A DNA stretch of 64,000 nt, taken from contig CAWHFY010000017.1 in NCBI GenBank assembly GCA_963828755.1, positions 27,524 to 91,523 on the forward strand. Direction: 5' to 3'. Position 1 is the first letter of the stretch; each line of letters begins with the position of its first letter. This document shows, in pieces, positions 60,805 to 64,000 of the stretch. Source of the stretch: an uncultured Solirubrobacterales bacterium (GTDB lineage Bacteria > Actinomycetota > Thermoleophilia > Solirubrobacterales > 70-9). The translations under genes and the position numbers were made by a program. The notes below the pieces were generated by a model. That model saw only the letters and a program-made list of their open reading frames with translations, was not told the DNA's origin and did not search any database.

Positions 60805-62067
60805 CTAGGGCTGTCCCCGTTCGCTCGCCAGCGCCGCCCCGATCCGCTGCACCGTGGTCGGGTGCGTGCCGAACAGCGCCGCGAACCAGCCCGGCGGGTC
60901 GGGATCGGAGATGTTCGCTCGCGCGAGCTCGACCTGCAGCGCGACGAGCGCCTTCGGGTCGTGGGTGAGCTCGAGCGCGAACTGGTCGGCCGACGCCTCG
61001 ACCTGGCGCGAAAGCTGGTTGCCGGGAATGTTGAGGACGAAGACCGCGAGGGTGATCGCGAGCAGATAGATCGGGACCGCCGCCGGTCTCGCCGGGTCGA
61101 TGTCCTGGCGTCGGGCCATCGCGAGCGCGAGCTCGCGCACGAACAGGAGCCCGAACGGGGCCACGATCGCGACGTAGGTAAGCCCGCGGCGGATGTCGTC
61201 GTTGGCGACGTGGCCGAGCTCGTGGGCGACCACCGAGCGCAGCTCGGGCCGCTCGGCCTCGCGCAGCAGGTTGTCGTACAGGACGACCCGCTTGCTGGAG
61301 CCGATCCCGTCGACGAACGCGTTGAGCGAGGTCACGCGGCGGCTGGCATCGATCCGGTAGACCTCGCCGATCTCGACCCCGGCCTCGCGGCCGAGCTCGA
61401 GCACGTCGGCGCGCGCCTGGCTGCCCTCCGGCAGCGCCTCGAACTTGTTGAAGATCGGCGCCAGCACCACCGGCGCGATCCAGACGAAGACGATCGCGAG
61501 CCCGGTGGCCACCGCGGCGCCGGGAATCCACCAGCGGCGCGGGAAGCGGCGCACCAGGGCGATGAGCAGCGCGGCGCCGCCCGCGGTCAGCAGCGCCGTG
61601 ATCCCTGCGGAGCGGGCGACGTCCCACAGCCACGAGTCCAGCGACTGGGTCGAGAGGCCGATGTCGACGGCGCGCTCGTGCGAGATCAGCGACACCGGCA
61701 GCGTCGCGAGGGTGACCGAGAGCGAGACCGCTGCCCCGGCCAGCGCGGCGCCGCGCAGCGGCCGCTCGGCGAGCCGCTCGAGCCGGCGGCGCAGCGGCGC
61801 CGGGCGTCCGAGCGCGATCGCGGTCAGCACGGCGGCCTCGATCGCGAGGCTCGCGATCAGCAGCAGCCGCTGCGGCGCGCGGTAGTCGCGCGCGCGGTCG
61901 AGCTCGGCAGCGCTGAAGTAGTCGCGCTCGTCGACCGCGACCGGATCCGGGCCCCGGTCGGAGGGGGCAAGCACCCACACCGCCGCCTCGGCGACGATGA
62001 CCATCACCACCGCCGCACAGCCCACGCGGACCGCGGTTGAGCGCGGCCAGGAGCCCGCCAGCCTCAT
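60805..62067 (-). CDS. M48-family (Ste24/HtpX-like) integral membrane zinc metalloprotease
   Basis: IFNKFEALPEG.., HELGH, ..GTHPTTVQRI. Confidence 0.85.
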   Translation of the reverse strand: MRLAGSWPRSTAVRVGCAAVVMVIVAEAAVWVLAPSDRGPDPVAVDERDYFSAAELDRARDYRAPQRLLLIASLAIEAAVLTAIALGRPAPLRRRLERLAERPLRGAALAGAAVSLSVTLATLPVSLISHERAVDIGLSTQSLDSWLWDVARSAGITALLTAGGAALLIALVRRFPRRWWIPGAAVATGLAIVFVWIAPVVLAPIFNKFEALPEGSQARADVLELGREAGVEIGEVYRIDASRRVTSLNAFVDGIGSSKRVVLYDNLLREAERPELRSVVAHELGHVANDDIRRGLTYVAIVAPFGLLFVRELALAMARRQDIDPARPAAVPIYLLAITLAVFVLNIPGNQLSRQVEASADQFALELTHDPKALVALQVELARANISDPDPPGWFAALFGTHPTTVQRIGAALASERGQP

Positions 62068-62107
62068 CGCCGCCTACGATAGTCGGCCTCGTCCCGGGGG
62101 TCCGAAA

Positions 62108-62860
62108 TTGCGTCTCGCGCTGATCAGCGACATCCACTCGAACCTGCCCGCCCTCGAGGCGGTGCTCGCCGACGCCGACGCGGCCGGGGTCGAGCGGATC
62201 TGGTGCCTGGGCGACGTGGTCGGCTACGGCGCGCAGCCGGACGAGTGCGCGGCGCTCGTGCGTGAGCGCTGCGAGGTCTGCCTCGTGGGCAACCACGACC
62301 TCGCCGCGCTCGAGCAGCTCGACATCTCCACCTTCTCGCCCGCCGCCGCCGCCGCGGTCCGCTGGACCAGGGAGCGGATGAGCGACGAGACCCGCGACTT
62401 CCTCGCCGGGCTCGACCCGTCGGACGAGAGCCGCGAGGTCGGTCTCTACCACGCGTCGCCGCGCGACCCGGTCTGGGAGTACGTGCTCTGGCCCGATCAG
62501 GCGGCCGAGTGCATCCGCGCCCAGGCGCGACGAGTCAGCTTCGTCGGCCACTCGCACGTCGCCCTCTTCTTCGCCCTCCCCGACTCGGGCGCAGCGCCCG
62601 GCGCCGCCGACGACGCGCGGGGCGCCCAGGCGGGGGCCGGGACCAGCCTCGAGGTCGGCCGCGGCCGCTGGCTGATCAACCCCGGCAGCGTCGGCCAGCC
62701 GCGCGATGGCGACCCGCGCGCCGCCTGGCTCGAGCTCGACACCGAGGCCTGGCACGCTGACTTCCACCGGGTCGCCTACGACATCGACCGCGCCGCGGAC
62801 GCGATCGTCGCCACCGAGCTCCCCGAACACCTCGCCCGGCGACTCTACGTGGGCCAATGA
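62108..62860 (+). CDS. metallophosphoesterase family protein
   Basis: ISDIHSN, LGDVVGYG, GNHD, GHSH, NPGSVGQPRD. A TTG at 62108 is assumed as start. The ORF track starts at 61997, inside the divergent gene. Confidence 0.8.
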   Translation: MRLALISDIHSNLPALEAVLADADAAGVERIWCLGDVVGYGAQPDECAALVRERCEVCLVGNHDLAALEQLDISTFSPAAAAAVRWTRERMSDETRDFLAGLDPSDESREVGLYHASPRDPVWEYVLWPDQAAECIRAQARRVSFVGHSHVALFFALPDSGAAPGAADDARGAQAGAGTSLEVGRGRWLINPGSVGQPRDGDPRAAWLELDTEAWHADFHRVAYDIDRAADAIVATELPEHLARRLYVGQ

Positions 62861-62901
62861 GTGACCCGGGGCGGCGCAAGCCAATTACTAGACTCGCCGC
62901 G

Positions 62902-63450
62902 ATGCCCCGTCGCGGCCCGATCTGCCTGCTCTCGTGCGTTTTCGCTCTGGCTTTCGCCAGTTGCGGGTCAAGCAACGACGGCACGATTCCACCCGACGAA
63001 GCGGACACCCTGTTGACGCTCGTGGCCGCTGTCAAGAACGATGTCGTCAACGGCGAATGCGACCGGGCCAAGGCCCACGCCCAGGAGCTGGTCAGCGAGG
63101 TCGACCAGCTTCCGAACGAGGTCGACCCTGACGTCGCAGACGAGCTCGCCAAGGCGGCAACCAACCTCGAGGGCCTCTCCGAGACGGACTGCACCGACAC
63201 CGGCGCCTCGGGCGAGACCGGCGTCGCGACGACGTCGACCACCTCGTCGACGACCACCGAGGTGACGACCGCGCCAACGACCACCGAGGAGACATCGACG
63301 ACGAGCACGACAACCGACCAGCAGCCCACCGAGCAGCCGAACCAGACGCCGCCGACCGGTCAACCGGACCAGGGCGGCGGTCAGACGGGCCAGGGCGGCA
63401 CGGGCGGCCCGGCGAGCGGCGGCGTCACCGGCGGCGGGAACGCGGGCTAA
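62902..63450 (+). CDS. lipoprotein with a Thr/Ser-rich and Gly/Gln-rich C-terminal tail
   Basis: MPRRGPICLLSCVFALAFASCGSS lipobox. Internal Met of ORF 62857..63450. Confidence 0.6.
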   Translation: MPRRGPICLLSCVFALAFASCGSSNDGTIPPDEADTLLTLVAAVKNDVVNGECDRAKAHAQELVSEVDQLPNEVDPDVADELAKAATNLEGLSETDCTDTGASGETGVATTSTTSSTTTEVTTAPTTTEETSTTSTTTDQQPTEQPNQTPPTGQPDQGGGQTGQGGTGGPASGGVTGGGNAG

Positions 63451-63453
63451 CCG

Positions 63454-64000
63454 ATGAACGCGACGATCTCAGACCGTTACGAGCTCGGCGATCGGCTCGG
63501 CTCCGGCGGCATGTCGACCGTCTACCGGGCAACCGACCGGGTGCTCGAACGAACCGTCGCGGTGAAGATCCTCGCCGAGCACCTCTCCGACGACGACAAG
63601 TTCGTGGCCCGCTTCCGCCGCGAGGCGCTCGCGGTCGCGAAGCTGATCCACCCGAACATCGTCCAGGTCTACGACACCGGGGTCGACGCCGAGCGCCACT
63701 ACATCGTCATGGAGTACGTCGAGGGCAAGTCAGTCGCGCAGCTGCTGCAAACCAAGGGCCGGCTCGGCGCCGACTCGACCGCCGAGATCGGTATCCAGGC
63801 GTGCGCCGGGCTCGAGTACGCGCACCGCCAGGGGATCATCCACCGCGACGTCAAGCCCGGGAACCTGATGGTGATCGGCGGCCCTGCCGGTCGCCGGCGC
63901 CGCGACAGCTCCGCGCACGAGCCGCCGACCGGCGAGATGACGATCAAGCTCACCGACTTCGGGATCGCCCGCGCGACGGCGCAGTCGCGCCTCACCCAGG
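63454..64000 (+). CDS. Ser/Thr protein kinase, N-terminal part (3' end outside window)
   Basis: Own translation: MNATISDRYELGDRLGSGGMSTVYRA..VAVKIL..HRDVKPGNLMV..LTDFGIARA. Confidence 0.9.
   Translation, partial: MNATISDRYELGDRLGSGGMSTVYRATDRVLERTVAVKILAEHLSDDDKFVARFRREALAVAKLIHPNIVQVYDTGVDAERHYIVMEYVEGKSVAQLLQTKGRLGADSTAEIGIQACAGLEYAHRQGIIHRDVKPGNLMVIGGPAGRRRRDSSAHEPPTGEMTIKLTDFGIARATAQSRLTQ

Overview
High-GC chromosomal segment of actinobacterial type. Spot counts of 60-nt lines give about 70-75 % GC in most genes. It is densely coding, with about 65 genes. I saw no rRNA, tRNA, CRISPR array or IS element.

Gene content in order:
- 0-3.7 kb: beta-oxidation genes and trxB.
- 3.7-6.1 kb: membrane-lipid genes.
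- 6.3-12.9 kb: an unusual oxidase-like module. It holds a CuA-less subunit II-like protein, a subunit I-like protein lacking all canonical His ligands, ctaA-ctaB, small membrane ORFs and a dihaem cytochrome c.
- 13-19.8 kb: secreted proteins; the 16.7-19.8 kb part is lower in GC.
- 19.8-24.1 kb: a canonical A2-type oxidase operon, ctaC-ctaD-(tandem USP-like gene)-ctaE.
- 24-31.5 kb: glycosyltransferase, ABC-2 exporter and a GH63-like hydrolase.
- 31.5-43.9 kb: the housekeeping run infA ... cca-alr-nnr-acpS ... glmS-glmM-rpsI-rplM.
- 43.96-46.1 kb: a ydaO-type (c-di-AMP) riboswitch in front of two M23 peptidase genes.
- 46-64 kb: guaA/guaB3, pfkB, cell-wall genes, pyrF, hup, argS, further glycosyltransferases, an M48 protease and a partial Ser/Thr kinase.

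Two observations cut across the window:
1. About 20 single-nucleotide frame breaks sit in well conserved, often essential genes. Consensus or assembly error is the simplest explanation.
2. A decayed glycosyltransferase locus (55.6-57.2 kb) carries three copies of a ~40-nt element and an A8 tract.

The most novel-looking biology is the ligand-less heme-copper-oxidase paralogue pair next to the heme A biosynthesis genes.
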